Below are positions 37,500-49,481 of a stretch of 64,000 bases of DNA, piece after piece. Numbering within the stretch: the stretch's first letter is position 1; each line of letters begins with the position of its first letter. The notes beneath the pieces were generated by a model that saw only the letters and a program-made list of their open reading frames with translations, did no database searches and was not told the DNA's origin. This stretch comes from Felis catus (lineage: Eukaryota), in contig NC_058368.1 in NCBI RefSeq assembly GCF_018350175.1, forward strand, positions 31,622,001 through 31,686,000. The letters are read 5' to 3'. Position numbers and translations under genes: made by a program.

Positions 37500-39100
37500 T
37501 ATAAGGAGAGCACTCGCCAAGGATTAAAAAAATTTCCCAGACCAGAGATTATCAGGAGCCAAGGCTTAACAAAATGAACCAGTCTTTGGAAGAGGTATCA
37601 CTTATCTGATGAAAAATGTTTCTCTGGTCTTTAAGGTCCTTTAGATTTTAAGTAACAATTCCTGATTTGTCAACATAGAAACATTTTTCACCAATTATGG
37701 CACAGGTATCTCTTTGTTGAGCAGTAAGGATATCAAGGACTCTCCTGTGTCACAGTACCACTGAAGATAAACCATTTCTTTGAGTATGTACTGCTTGAAG
37801 AGTATTGAAGGTATCATTAAAGTTTTTTTTTCGATAGTTAGAAAAATAATAATAGGCGTTTTTTTTTTTTTTTTCTAATTCATTAACTCCTAAATGAAGA
37901 AAAAGTCTTCTGACAAACGTAGGGAGACCAGAGCTTTTTTGAATACCAGGATTTGGAAGCTCATGAGACTCTTCACTTGCGAGGAGTCACTGTATGTACA
38001 AGTAATCCAAAATTTAGAATCTAGCCAGCATTCAAGGAGTCATCTCTTAGTCATCTGGTGTGCAAGATAATCTAAACTACAGGGTCCATTTGGGTAGGAG
38101 AACTTGGGATATCTTACTCCCAAGGATCAATAACCCAGTATTGTTGGTTTTCTTTTTTTTTGGTTTCTCAGTTCTATTTGTTTGTGTTTTGTTTCTTTTG
38201 TTTTTGTTTTTTAATAAACCCGTATTGTCAAGAGAGAGGGTTAGGGTGGATCCCATGACCCACCAATCCAGGAAAGGTAGACATCATGGTTATTCTTTGT
38301 CATGTAGGCATCAGCACACTCCCCTTTTAAATAGCTGTGGTTTAAATGTGAACTGGGACAAAATTAAAAAAACAGCATTTCTATCAATTTGGTTAATCAG
38401 TCCATGTATCATATTGTTGATAAGTGATTGTTGTTTTTTTTTTTCTAAACATACCCTGAATATTGGTCTCTCTAGTAATTGAAACTGTTACTTACTTTAT
38501 ATATCGGAGGCATTATGGAGACATTCTATTTACCTACTGGGTTTTTTTTTTTTTCACTGAACCAGTGTACAGCTTCAGTAATTTCTTAGACAGTTTAATT
38601 AAATGTTTTATCATTATCTAACTGTAAATCTGTGTCATTATATATAGGAATCTGGTCTCCTTTATCTGAGTCAAACCAAAGGGTTTGATTACAGAGTGAG
38701 TCTGGAACATGCCCCAAATCAGGTTCAGTACCATTAAGGTTCTCTACAGGGACAGGTTACCAGCAATGAAGTTGACAGTGGTTATTGTCCATGCCTTGAC
38801 CTCTAAGACTTCTTTCCAATACCAGATTAGTCAGCCATAAAGTTGAATGGCCAGGAGAAGTACAACAGACCTTTTCAGAAAGCCATATTCCTGAATTAGT
38901 CATCCAAACATGTTTAGGAGCTGGCTATAATATTAATTGGGAGGCTTCTTGAACATTTAAATGACCAACTATCATTTTGACTGGTAAAAAAGCTACTCAT
39001 TGAATGGTGGACTTCAGTGAGTGTTCAGTCTAGGTGTAAAGAATTCTTAACGAAAAGAGAAACATAAGTTTAAACATTTTGAGTTACTTAGCATAACGAT
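37500..39100 (-). pseudogene. env: Decayed ERV env (SU/TM) with ISD and CX6CC-like remnant
   Basis: Minus strand VVL*HRRVLDILTAQQRDTCAIIGEKCFYVDKSGIV (~37655-37762) matches the class I LQNRRALDLLTAEQGGTCxxxxEECCFYxNxSG motif. Upstream GLPTFVRRLFLHLGVNELEK is fusion-peptide-like. Stops and frameshifts; SU boundary approximate. Confidence 0.8.
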
Positions 39101-39249
39101 AATAACACAATAATTTTTATAAAATTCAGTCCTAGAAATAAAAGAAGAATTCTGCAGAATCTTGTTCCATGATCTTAGGCAGATGCTGTCTGAATTGTGC
39201 TATTGTTTGATTCAGGGGAAAACTTTTTTTTTTTTTTAATGTCAAGTCA

Positions 39250-40260
39250 CCTGTGAGGTGGCAAGTCCAGTGTCCAAGGAAGCTCTGTTTAATTGAGAGA
39301 CATGTACAAGGTCATATGACCCCTGCAATTTAACTTCTGTGTGACAAGTAAAAAACAAACAAACAAACAAAAACACCTGGTAGGGCCCTTCCCATCAAGG
39401 CTCAAGTGCTATTTTTCACTGATGTCTTTTCCAGAGCAGCTAGTCTCCAGGTTCCAGTGTGCAGGGTATAAAGTCCCCAACAGGTGGTGGATCTCTGAAA
39501 GCCTCCTTGACCTGTTTAAAATAAACTTTTGAATACTGTATTAGTGCTTTACAGTATTGGGTCATATCAGAATTCACAAAGGCAGGTTATGTAGGGGGTT
39601 CTATCGTCAATGGCAAGGGTCACCCAGTGATGATTTCATACAGTGTCAGTGCATGTTTCCCAAAAGGTGTTGACCTTAAAGTCATAAGGGGTAACGGGAA
39701 CATTTTAGGCCATGATAATTCAGTGTTTTCAGTCAGTTTTGCTAATTTCAGTTTCAAACTACCATTAGTATGTTCAGCTTTCCCTGAAGACTGAAGATGA
39801 CAGGGACAATGATAGTGCCACAATGTCTGAATAACCCTGTTGAACTGTTTTATGTCCTGTTCAGTAACGTGAGTTCATTGAACACTTGAAATTTTGCCTA
39901 GAGTTCCCCATAGTGGGAAAACATTTTCTAATAATTTCTTTGCTACAGTAGCAGCATCAGCTTTCTGACAGGGAAAGCTTCTATCCATGTAGAAAACAGA
40001 CACACCATTACAAGTACATGCCGGTATCTTCTGTTGGGAGGCAACTGAATGAATTCCAATGGCAAATGGTTCTGATGGTAAGAGAGCAACCCCTGGAGTT
40101 GCTTTCATACTTTTATTTGTGGTTTGTAGCTGACAGGTTAAACGTTGATTATAAACCTGTTGTGCCAGTTTAAAACAATCATCTCACCAATATTTTTATA
40201 ATTTGAGTCATATTGTTAATTCCATGGTGGGTTGTCTTGTGAAATGCTCATAAGAGTGGC
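39250..40260 (-). pseudogene. pol: Decayed ERV integrase
   Basis: FHKTTHHG...LTCQ (HHCC remnant), FPCQKADAATVAKKLLENVFPLWG, WHYHCPCHLQSSGKAEHTNGSLKLKL..LRSTPFGKHALTLYEIITG, WEGPYQV (GPY/F). Confidence 0.9.
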
Positions 40261-40425
40261 AATTTGAGAGATTCAGGAAGCAACAGACAGCCATTTGGCC
40301 TTTTTTTTTTTTTTTTCATTCTGCATCCTTCTTGGTGCCATTTTGTTTTTCAATATCTGACACAATTTTTCATCTGTTACACAAGTTGTCAGAAGGAACC
40401 TGATCTATCTTATGAAGTTCAGTTA

Positions 40426-40655
40426 TATTTTTTAATGTTTATTTATTTTTGAGAGAGATAGAGAGAAAGAGACAGAGACAGAGCAAGGACAGAGGAGGGA
40501 CAGAGGAGGGGCAGAGGGAGATGCAGAATCCCAAGCAGGTTCCAGGCTCTGAGCTGTCAGCACAGAACCTGACACGGGGCTCAAACCCATGAACCATGAG
40601 ATCATGACCTGAACCAAAGTCGAATGCTTAACCAACTGAGCCACCCAGGAACCCC
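40426..40655 (-). mobile_element. Can-SINE inserted in ERV pol
   Basis: Perfect 16-bp TSD ttatgaagttcagtta at 40410-40425 and 40656-40671. Confidence 0.96.
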
Positions 40656-40679
40656 TTATGAAGTTCAGTTAAATTACAG

Positions 40680-41175
40680 AATTTTGACACATCAAGAATT
40701 TCTTGAATAGCAGCCTTCTCATGAAAGTCAGCCATAGCATTTCCCTGATATTTGGGGTCTGACCGGTGGGTACGAGCCTCAATTTTAATTGTAGCATTTT
40801 GTGAAGGTAATAGCAGTGCACAGAGGAGATCAGCAACCTGAGATTCATTTTTTTTTAGAGGTGTACCATTTGGTGTTTAAAATCCTTTCTGTTTCCAGAG
40901 TGTACCAAAGTCACAGACCACTCTGAAAGCATACCTGCTGTCAGTGTAAATACTTGGAGCTTTGCCTTTTGCTAATTCACATGCTCGAGTGACGGCAAAT
41001 AATTCTGCAGGCTGAGCTGTGTTAAATTTTCTCATAATTCACATTTAGTAGTTACAGCACGTGCAGCTTCATATTTCCCTTCAGAATATTTGGCATAAGA
41101 GCCATCAGTATAGATTACTAAATCTGGATTGGCTAATGGAGTTTCTTGTAAATCTAATCTAGGAGTCAGATTTTG
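40680..41175 (-). pseudogene. pol: Decayed ERV RNase H
   Basis: PRLDLQETPLANPDLVIYTDGSY...AQPAELFAVTRACELAKGK..IYTDSRYAF..DFGTLWKQKGF...GNAMADF. Confidence 0.9.
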
Positions 41176-41184
41176 AGAGACCAA

Positions 41185-41455
41185 TTCAACATCTCCTAAT
41201 TTAGAAAGTAGATCTCTTCCCAGGGGATTTATAAGAGCAGTGTCCCCTAAGAGAAAGGCAAGGTTTTCAGAGAAAGGACTAAGGCGAACAGTTATGGGCT
41301 CTGATAAAGGTATCTTTTGAACTTGATTGGATGGTCCCACCACTGAAACATCTGTATTACCGCCAGGAAGCTCTTGATATATGGTGGTGGGGTTTAAAGT
41401 GGAAAGAGTCACTCCAGGATCTACTGGCACATTAGAGATTTCTCCACTTATTTCA
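41185..41455 (-). pseudogene. pro: Decayed ERV aspartic protease
   Basis: VDPGVTLSTL (DTGA-like, degenerate) and NPLGRDLLSKL (conserved GRDLL). Confidence 0.85.
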
Positions 41456-41959
41456 AGTTCCAGCCTCATTCTCTTTCCTGTCTTGGCTATTCCAAAATTT
41501 TATCATTCGCCTTATGTTTTCCTTTCCAACTCTTAGCCAACAACAATGTTTTCTTCATAGAGATACTGAAATTTCTGAAAAAGTAATTTTCTGTGTCCTT
41601 ATTTTCAGGCAACCAATAAAAATAATGACAAAATCCTTAATTTTCCTCTAGTTTCATCAATATTTTCCTTCTTCTGTTCCTGGCCCTTCTGTCCAGGCTC
41701 TAGTTTCCTTCCCTTCTTGCCACAATTGTGATTTTCTTCATGAATTAAATCCTCTTTTTCTTGCATTTAATGTATAGTCCCCTCCAAATTGTATATCTCT
41801 CAAAATTTTGCAGAAAAAAATGTAAAGGTACCACTCCTTATTTTCAGATAGCTTTCTAGTTACTGCCCCAACTCTCTTCCTCTTGTTCAATCAATGTACT
41901 TGATAAGTATAGAGTATGCTTGCTATAAACTTCTCTTTATCCATGAAAAAGCCCATCTG

Positions 41960-42800
41960 CTGCTTATTAAACTACACAGCCAGTTCTCCACCCTCAAACA
42001 TGTTATATTTTTGTAATTTACTCATATTGTCATCTCTGCTTAAAATGCTCTCACTTGTTTTCTCAGCCTGGCTAATTTCTTGGTAACCTAACTATTCATC
42101 CTACAAATACTTATTTGGCATGTCTTATGGACATTCTTCTACTTTCCAGACCTGTCCTTTTTGTGTGCTGTCCTTATGACAGTCATTAAGAAGTTAACAG
42201 CACCTAGAACATATATGAGATTGATAAATATTTTTAAATGAATGGATGGAAATGCAATTCTAATACAAACTCTGGGTATCAGTGAAAACTTTTTGGGATA
42301 CGTGATGTCTAAACAGACTTGAGGACTGAATAGGAATTCATAGGTGTAAGGAATAGTTAGGGCAGAAAAAGTTTTGGAGTAAAAGCATGTTTGTGGGGCC
42401 TGGAAAAAAGAATGATAACAATGATGTGTTCATGAAATTGAAAGACCAGTGAAACTAAAGGGGGAAAAAAGGTGATACTGGATAAAGCCAGTCATCAACA
42501 GCTGTTTAAAAGAAACACAAATAATAGCTGTCCTTGATGGCATGTTGGGAGTGAAAAGAGGCATGAATCAAATGGGTTTGAGGACAGAGCAATGATTCAT
42601 ACAGTTTTGAACATGCTCAGTTTGTGGGAGATATGCCTTAGAGATGTAGAAGAGGCGATTGGAACTACAGACCTACAGCATTAAAAAGATGCCTGAGCTA
42701 TTGATCTCAATTTGGAACCATAGGCTTATGTTAGAGGGAAAGAAGTTTCCAGTAATGAGATCAAGGGTGGTGCATAAGTGTCATGCATAGGAGAGAAGAG
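41960..42800. mobile_element. L2 fragments
   Basis: cagcacctagaacatatatgagattgataaatatttttaaatgaatggatgga (L2 3' end) plus purine-rich L2 body. Confidence 0.65.
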
Positions 42801-43640
42801 GAGGAAGAGGAGAAATCCTTCTGGTTTTTCAAAACCCGTTTTCCTAATGGAAGGATAAGCAGCCTTAGAGAGAGTATTCAATTTTTTACTCTTATCCAGA
42901 TAGAACTCGAGAGCCATTTGTAGTTATTGAGTCATGCAGAAAGATAATGCTGGACTGAAGTTAGAACTTTCAAATACCTTATCATTATCATCATTATAAT
43001 TATTATTGATAATCTTTATATTTCCTACTCTGACTTCTTCATATCACAATCAAGAGTTTTTCAAGCTTTGTATTTTTACCATCAGTCATGAAGAAGCCAA
43101 ATAACTAAGAGATGGGTGAGCCAGATGGATCAGCTCCATGGATTTTGAAGTTGTTCAGCAAAAAATTTGACTCAAATATCATTTATCAAAGGAATTTTCC
43201 CCTATAATCCCTGAGGATAAATAGATATCCCTCCATAGGCACCATTATTATTCTCTGCTGGCCATTGTCGTATTTGTTACTCTTTATTCTAATTACTTCT
43301 CACTGATATTGGATCCTCCCAGACTCTGTGAAGGCAAGAGCTTTGGTTTTCTCCCTAGCATCCAGCCAAGCTGCAGGCACTAATTAATTTTAGCTTTTTA
43401 TGTCCTGCATATTCTCAGTGCAAATAGAATCAGCCATCACCATCCATATTTATTTATTTGCCCTCTATATCTTTGCCCTTTAGATCTTATATTTAATTTT
43501 TTATCCAGTGCCATCACTTCCCAAGACTTCAAGAATTTGGTTTTCCATGTAATTCTTGGGTTCTTTGGTTTCTTAAGCATATACTTTTATTTATTGGTTA
43601 AAATAAGTCATTTCAGGAAAAAAAAGACAAAATATTTTTT

Positions 43641-43855
43641 AAAATTTTTTTTAACGTTTATTTATTTTTGAGACAGAGAGAGACAGAGCATGAACGGGGG
43701 AGGGGCAGAGAGAGAGGGAGACACAGAATCGGAAGCAGGCTCCAGGCTCCGAGCCATCAGCCCAGAGCCCGACACGGGGCTCAAACTCGCGGACCGCGAG
43801 ATCGTGACCTGAGCTGAAGTCGGACACCCAACCGACTGAGCCACCCAGGCGCCCC
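43641..43855 (-). mobile_element. Young Can-SINE
   Basis: CpG-rich reverse SINE; TSD gacaaaatatttttt on both sides (~43626-43640 and 43858-43872). Confidence 0.96.
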
Positions 43856-44340
43856 ATGACAAAATATTTTTTTATGAAAAGGTGAGATAGTATCAGGATG
43901 AAGGAGAATGGTAAGAAGGAGGAAAAACCCAGTGGGAGAAGGGATAGTTTCCCTCCTCAGTTTTGCGGGAGGGTACAAATCTAGTGGGCAGAAGCAAATC
44001 TCTCCTGCAATTTTAGGGACGTATTCCAATAGGAGGAAGACACCAGTGGAAGGCAAAACGTACACGGGATCTGGGATGGAGAGTATAAAGCAGCAGGAGA
44101 GAGTCGCTTGGGAACAGTAGAGGGCCCCAAGGTCCAAAAGATCTTAACTGAAGGAAGCCAGGTAACTCGAGTTTCTCTGCCACAGAAAGAATGGATTTGA
44201 GGAGCTTTTTGAGAAGCCAGTGGCAGAAGGAGAAATTTGAAATGTAGGCGCTGTAGACCAAACACCTCTGTGTTGAGTCCCAACACCAACACCTACCAGA
44301 TTGTGACATTAGGAAATGACTCTCTTGAAACCTCAGCTGA

Positions 44341-44566
44341 GGGGCGCCTAGGTGGCGCAGTCGGTTAAGCGTCCGACTTCAGCCAGGTCACGATCTTGCG
44401 GTCCGTGAGTTCGAGCCCCGTGTCAGGCTCTGGGCTGATGGCTCAGAGCCTGGAGCCTGTTTCTGATTCTGTGTCTCCCTCTCTCTCTGCCCCTCCCCCG
44501 TTCATGCTCTGTCTCTGTCCCAAAAATAAATAAACGTTGAAAAAAAAAATTAAAAAAAAAAAAAAA
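44341..44566 (+). mobile_element. Young Can-SINE inserted in a MIR
   Basis: Perfect 14-bp TSD gaaacctcagctga at 44327-44340 and 44567-44580; long A tail. Confidence 0.97.
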
Positions 44567-45769
44567 GAAACCTCAGCTGAAGTTTACTGAGGTGATCCTT
44601 TTATTTTGTAATGAATAATGTTTGTATTAAGTGTGGCTACTATTAACATCATTAATATGATTACTAACATTTACATGATGGCAGAAGAGAGCTTTCTGTT
44701 TCCTTTCTTTTTTTTCAGCCACCAAGGTTAGAATCATAAAATAATTTCAAATTCCATTTGCTAATAATGGAGAGAAGTAATGATATTCTGCTGAACTGTG
44801 TTTCCATGGAATTTTCACAGTGGAGAGTCCTGTGTTGGTGTCAGTACAGTCATCACCAGGAGCTAGGAAGAGGTCATCTCTGACAGGTAACTGAGATTGC
44901 AAGGGCACTACCTTCACCCTGCACCCCAAATGCCCTTGTTAATATGCACAAGGTCTGCACACACTTTTGTAGTGGCCACATTACATTAGCGGCATCTTGA
45001 GGACTTATTTTTCCTGCTGTAGAGGCACAAGTAACTAATCATACATGATTTTCAGTTTATTTTTCTTGTTTTTTACTTCTTCGTCAGCAAACATCATTTT
45101 ATTCTGTTTGTTTATGGCGACTTTTCCAAATTTTTGAAGTTATTTTGATGTCTAATATGGTACTGTCTTCTGAGGTGTTACCCATTTCACCCAACTTGAT
45201 CTAATCAGCACTTTGTAAAGCATATGTTTTTTATGAAATCTTGTTACAACAAAGAACAAAGTGAGAACACTGAAAAAGGTTTCTGAATATCAGACAGATC
45301 TATAATCAAAAATAAAATTCTGCAACACTGTTTCAAAAATATATTAGTTTCTTTAGTGAAACATTAAACACTCTTGTGGCATTGTGAGATATCTACTTTT
45401 GTCCAACCAAAACAGTATATAGTCAAGTAAACACCTAGATTCAGCTGTAAATATTTTAATGGTTGATTCAAAGTAGTTATCATCATTTAAAAATCCAACA
45501 TTTAATAATTTTTATCCACACATGTATGTCGATACATAAACACATACACAAACACATAGAAAAGATACGCATATATTTTCAATTCAACATTTAGAGTACG
45601 TATGTGTGTGCGTATGTGTTTTACTCTAGCCTTTAAGTATCTCCAAAAGCTAAAATGCTCATCTTCATATCCTCTTCCTATCTCTGACTTAAAAGACAGA
45701 AAAAAATTAAAAATACAGAGGCAGAAAAATATAAGAAAGCAACCCTACCAACTTTGGACTCAAAGGTAC

Positions 45770-45965
45770 CTTCCTTTTAATATTGGCTTTGGCACTTAGC
45801 TGAATGACCTTTTTCAAATTACTTAACCTCTCTTATCTTCAGTTTTCTCATCTGCATGTGGGGATAGTAATACCTTTCTCATGGGGTTGTCTGAAAAATT
45901 AATTAGATAGTCTATCCACAGTGCCTGCCACATAATAGGTACTTACGACATGGAAACTATAATTA
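45770..45965. mobile_element. MIR
   Basis: acttagctgaatgacctt..aattacttaacctctc..cagttttctcatctg..gggatagtaatacct..cagtgcctgccacataatagg. Confidence 0.8.
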
Positions 45966-47119
45966 TCATTAGAAAAAAGGCTTCTGGAGAATTTGCATAA
46001 GCATGCCATTTGGCAACAATACAATTTCATGGTCTTATAAAACTTATCACAACATTTATCAGTTAAAACAAAAACAAAGTCAAACCTAGTCAGTCAATTT
46101 CCTGATGTAACTCTTTATTCAAAATTAAGAAAATAGAGGACAAGTCTACAGTTCGAATACAATATTTTTTTGCTTTACTTTTTCCCCATAAATAATGATC
46201 ATTATTTTGATTACATACACACACAGTAGGTTATTGTTGTTATGGCATGATTTCAGATTAAAAATGCTTCCTGCCCAAAAAGATTTTCTTCTACTTAAAA
46301 TTTTCATCCATTATATCATTGTTTGGGATTAAGCATTACTTCAGATGAAATTTAGTATGTAAAATACATCTTGAAAAGCTAGAATCCTGGCTGGGATCCA
46401 CAATAATGTATGCGTAGAATTAGCTGAATAGATTATTTGTAAATGTTTCCTAGGCAGACAAATCATGGTGAGGGGGTAAAGACTATTTTTATTGTTGGGG
46501 GAGGGGATAATGGAGGAGGAATTGATATTCGCAATCAATAACCACACTGAGAGAGGGTGGTTAACTTAACTATATGTTCCAAAATGATGGATTAGCCAAC
46601 TGGCCTAAGGAAAGTACTAACAATGCAGACTGTATCCTTCATCTCCGTGTACATAAAACCTCCAGATGACCCTACTAATTATAATGAGATACTGATCAGA
46701 CGTACACAAATTTCCAATTACACCTATAAGCTAGGTCCATATATCATAATGACAGAACCAAAGATTAGGTACTTTTGGCCATGTAAAACTTAAAAACAAA
46801 CATTTTGATGTAGAACATCAGATTTCAAAATATGAAGGTGAACTTTAATATAAAAAAGGCAGCAAATCCCATGTAAGAAGGTAAAACTATTGGCTTAATG
46901 GCCAACGAACTCAGCCCAAGTAGTTTATGACCAAATGTGGTTGGAATGCCCTCTCCTGATAAAGAATGGACAGATCATCTAGATCTTATAACCTTCGCAG
47001 ATATGAGATGGCTATATTTTTAACTTGAATTCCTAGGATGAGGATAAATGAGTAAAGTTATTGTGCTTTGTCAGGACAGATCTGTAAAGACATAAGTAAG
47101 AATTAAAATGAGAATAACA

Positions 47120-47333
47120 GGGGCGCCTGGGTGGCTCAGTCCGTTAAGCATCCGACTTTGGCTCAGGTCATGATCTCACGGTTTGTGGGTTCGAGCCCGG
47201 CGTCAGGCTCTGTGCTGACAGCTCAGAGCCTGGAACCTGCTTCGGATTTTGTGTCTCCCTCGCTCTCTGCCCCTCCCCCACTGAAGCTCTGTCTCTCTGT
47301 CTCAAAAATAAACATTTAAAAAAATAATAAAAT
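47120..47333 (+). mobile_element. Can-SINE
   Basis: TSD aaaatga(g/c)aataaca at 47105-47119 and 47334-47348. Confidence 0.96.
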
Positions 47334-47869
47334 AAAATGACAATAACAATCAGAATTAGAGTAAGAATGAAAGGATAAAATATCTAATTTAAATCCATGA
47401 TGTTAGCTCTATTTAAAACTGATTTCAGTATCAAGTTCTGAATAGTATATAATCATATTTCTAGTTTGAATATAATGGAGTAGTTAAGGTATCTAAAATG
47501 TTGATTGTTTAGTACTACTTAATGCCAATAAATTGTGCATTAAACAAAGTACAAAAACACAGTTGAGTAATTCACTCTTTATCAAAAAATCACTTGGAAA
47601 TTAAAAATGTATATTCAGTTATTGTAAATTACAATGTGACAAAGTTATTTGTGCAAGAACCTCAGTCCATTGAATTACTTCTTTAGGATAAATTATCAAA
47701 TAGAGGTGTGATCAATATTGGATTTTTGCTTTTTTTTGCTAAATAGTTCTCCAAAAATCATGTTTTCATGTATAATCTCCCAGCCATGTGTGGATTCATC
47801 CAATTTACATTCAACTCATTCTTGACCTTTACTAGAGTTTTTTTTTTTTAATCTTCTACATCTTGAAGC

Positions 47870-48078
47870 TTTTTTTTCATGTTCATTCATTTATTTTAAG
47901 AGAAAGAGAGAGCATGAACAGGGGAGGGGCAGAGAGAGAAGGAGAGAGAGAATCCCAAGCAGGCTTCAAGCTGTCATTACAGAACACAATGTGGGGCTCA
48001 ATCTTATGAACTGAGAGATCATGACCTGAGCCAAAATCAAGAGCAAGCACTCCACTGACTGAGCCACCCAGGCATCCC
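47870..48078 (-). mobile_element. Can-SINE
   Basis: Reverse SINE ending actgagccacccaggcatccc. Confidence 0.93.
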
Positions 48079-49280
48079 TAAATCTTCTATGTCTAATCTT
48101 TACCTCTCTGCTGGACCCTTTTTCTGTTAATAGACATCCCTAAATCTTCCCATCTTAGAAATGAAATCCTTCTTGGACCACCTGTTTTTCCCTTTCAGAC
48201 TTGGCAAATGTATTGTTCATTGTCTCTACTGCTTCACTTCCCTTAAAATCTCCATTCAGACCATTGCTATGCCATTGAAATATCCTAAATGCTCTACAAC
48301 ATTTTTATTGTGTTTGGTTTGACTTCTTAGTAACTGTTGGCTTCTCTTAATCACTTCTTTCTACTGGAAATGTTACCTTATTTGTGCTCTGTGATGTATT
48401 TTCTCCTGGTTTAAGAAGAAATGATTTAGGAATGTTTTTCAAAAGTTCGAAAGTTCTATACCTTAAAATTAGTAGTTTGAGCTTCACTTACACATAAGTA
48501 ATACCAATTATCTTGTCATTTGGAACATTAAGTACCCAACTGTTTATATGGGTGATTTACAAACGTATATGCTGAAATATTACAGTACCAATATTTCTCA
48601 AACTGTGTGCTGCAGAAAATGAATAATCCATCCTATATTAAATGATATCTTATAAAGGACACTGTTATCAAATAAGTTTATGGAATGCTGAGTTAAACAA
48701 GTATAAGCAGGTTTCTTTTTCTTTAGGAGTGAACTGAGCCTTTAATATGCAAACACCCAATTTACTTTTCAGCTTCCCCCCCCCCAAACTAATTTAAAAG
48801 TGCAACCCTTATTGCAGGAAACTCATTGTAATTATCTAGTTAGCAATGACCCAGGAAACCATGTTTTGCAAATGTTGATCTAGAAGAAAGAAGAAATTAT
48901 GTACATGTAAGCTCATATCCTAACCCAGCCTATTTTTCTGGCTTTATGATCTTTGGTAAATATATTTACTGCTTAAAGTTTCAAGTTAGTTATTTCTGAA
49001 GGAAGACTAATAAGGGATAGATTAAAAGACTATTGTGTGGGTTAAATGTGTTAATATAATGAGATTTGGATATTATTACAGTGCAAAAAAATTTAATTTC
49101 TTCTCTACATTCTATGAAATGGAAAATAATTGAAAATAGGGTTAACATTTGACAAATTTGATAAGAACATAAGTTAATTCTATACTTTTTTCTACCCTTT
49201 CTATTTCATTTATCCCTCACTCTATATATCTCCAGCCCACTCTAAGCACATCTATTCTTTTAAAAAAAATAATATATAGT

Positions 49281-49481
49281 GGGGCACATGTATATACTGT
49301 ATTAGGCTCAGTCGGTTTCAGACTCTTGCTTTCATCTCAGGTCATGATCTCACAATTCATGAGTTTGAGCCCCTCATTGGACTCTGTGCTGTCACAGAGC
49401 CTGCTTGGGATTCTCTCTTTACCTCTCTCTGCCCCTCCCTTGCTCGCTCAAATAAATAAACTTAAAACATTTAAAAAATAT
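49281..49481 (+). mobile_element. Can-SINE with altered 5' head
   Basis: SINE body and tail; TSD ataatatatagt at 49269-49280 and 49482-49493. Confidence 0.88.

Noticed and set aside
38060..38482. 140-aa plus-strand ORF with a hydrophobic stretch
   Set aside because: Antisense to the decayed env; the hydrophobic run comes from a T-rich simple-sequence expansion.
43781..44309. Four overlapping ORFs in a purine-rich block between two SINEs
   Set aside because: Stop-poor because of composition, with no recognisable domain; partly SINE- or MIR-derived.
49285..49298. gcacatgtatatact resembling U6 gcacatatact
   Set aside because: Too short and gapped, with no U6 5' end or own TSD; chance similarity.
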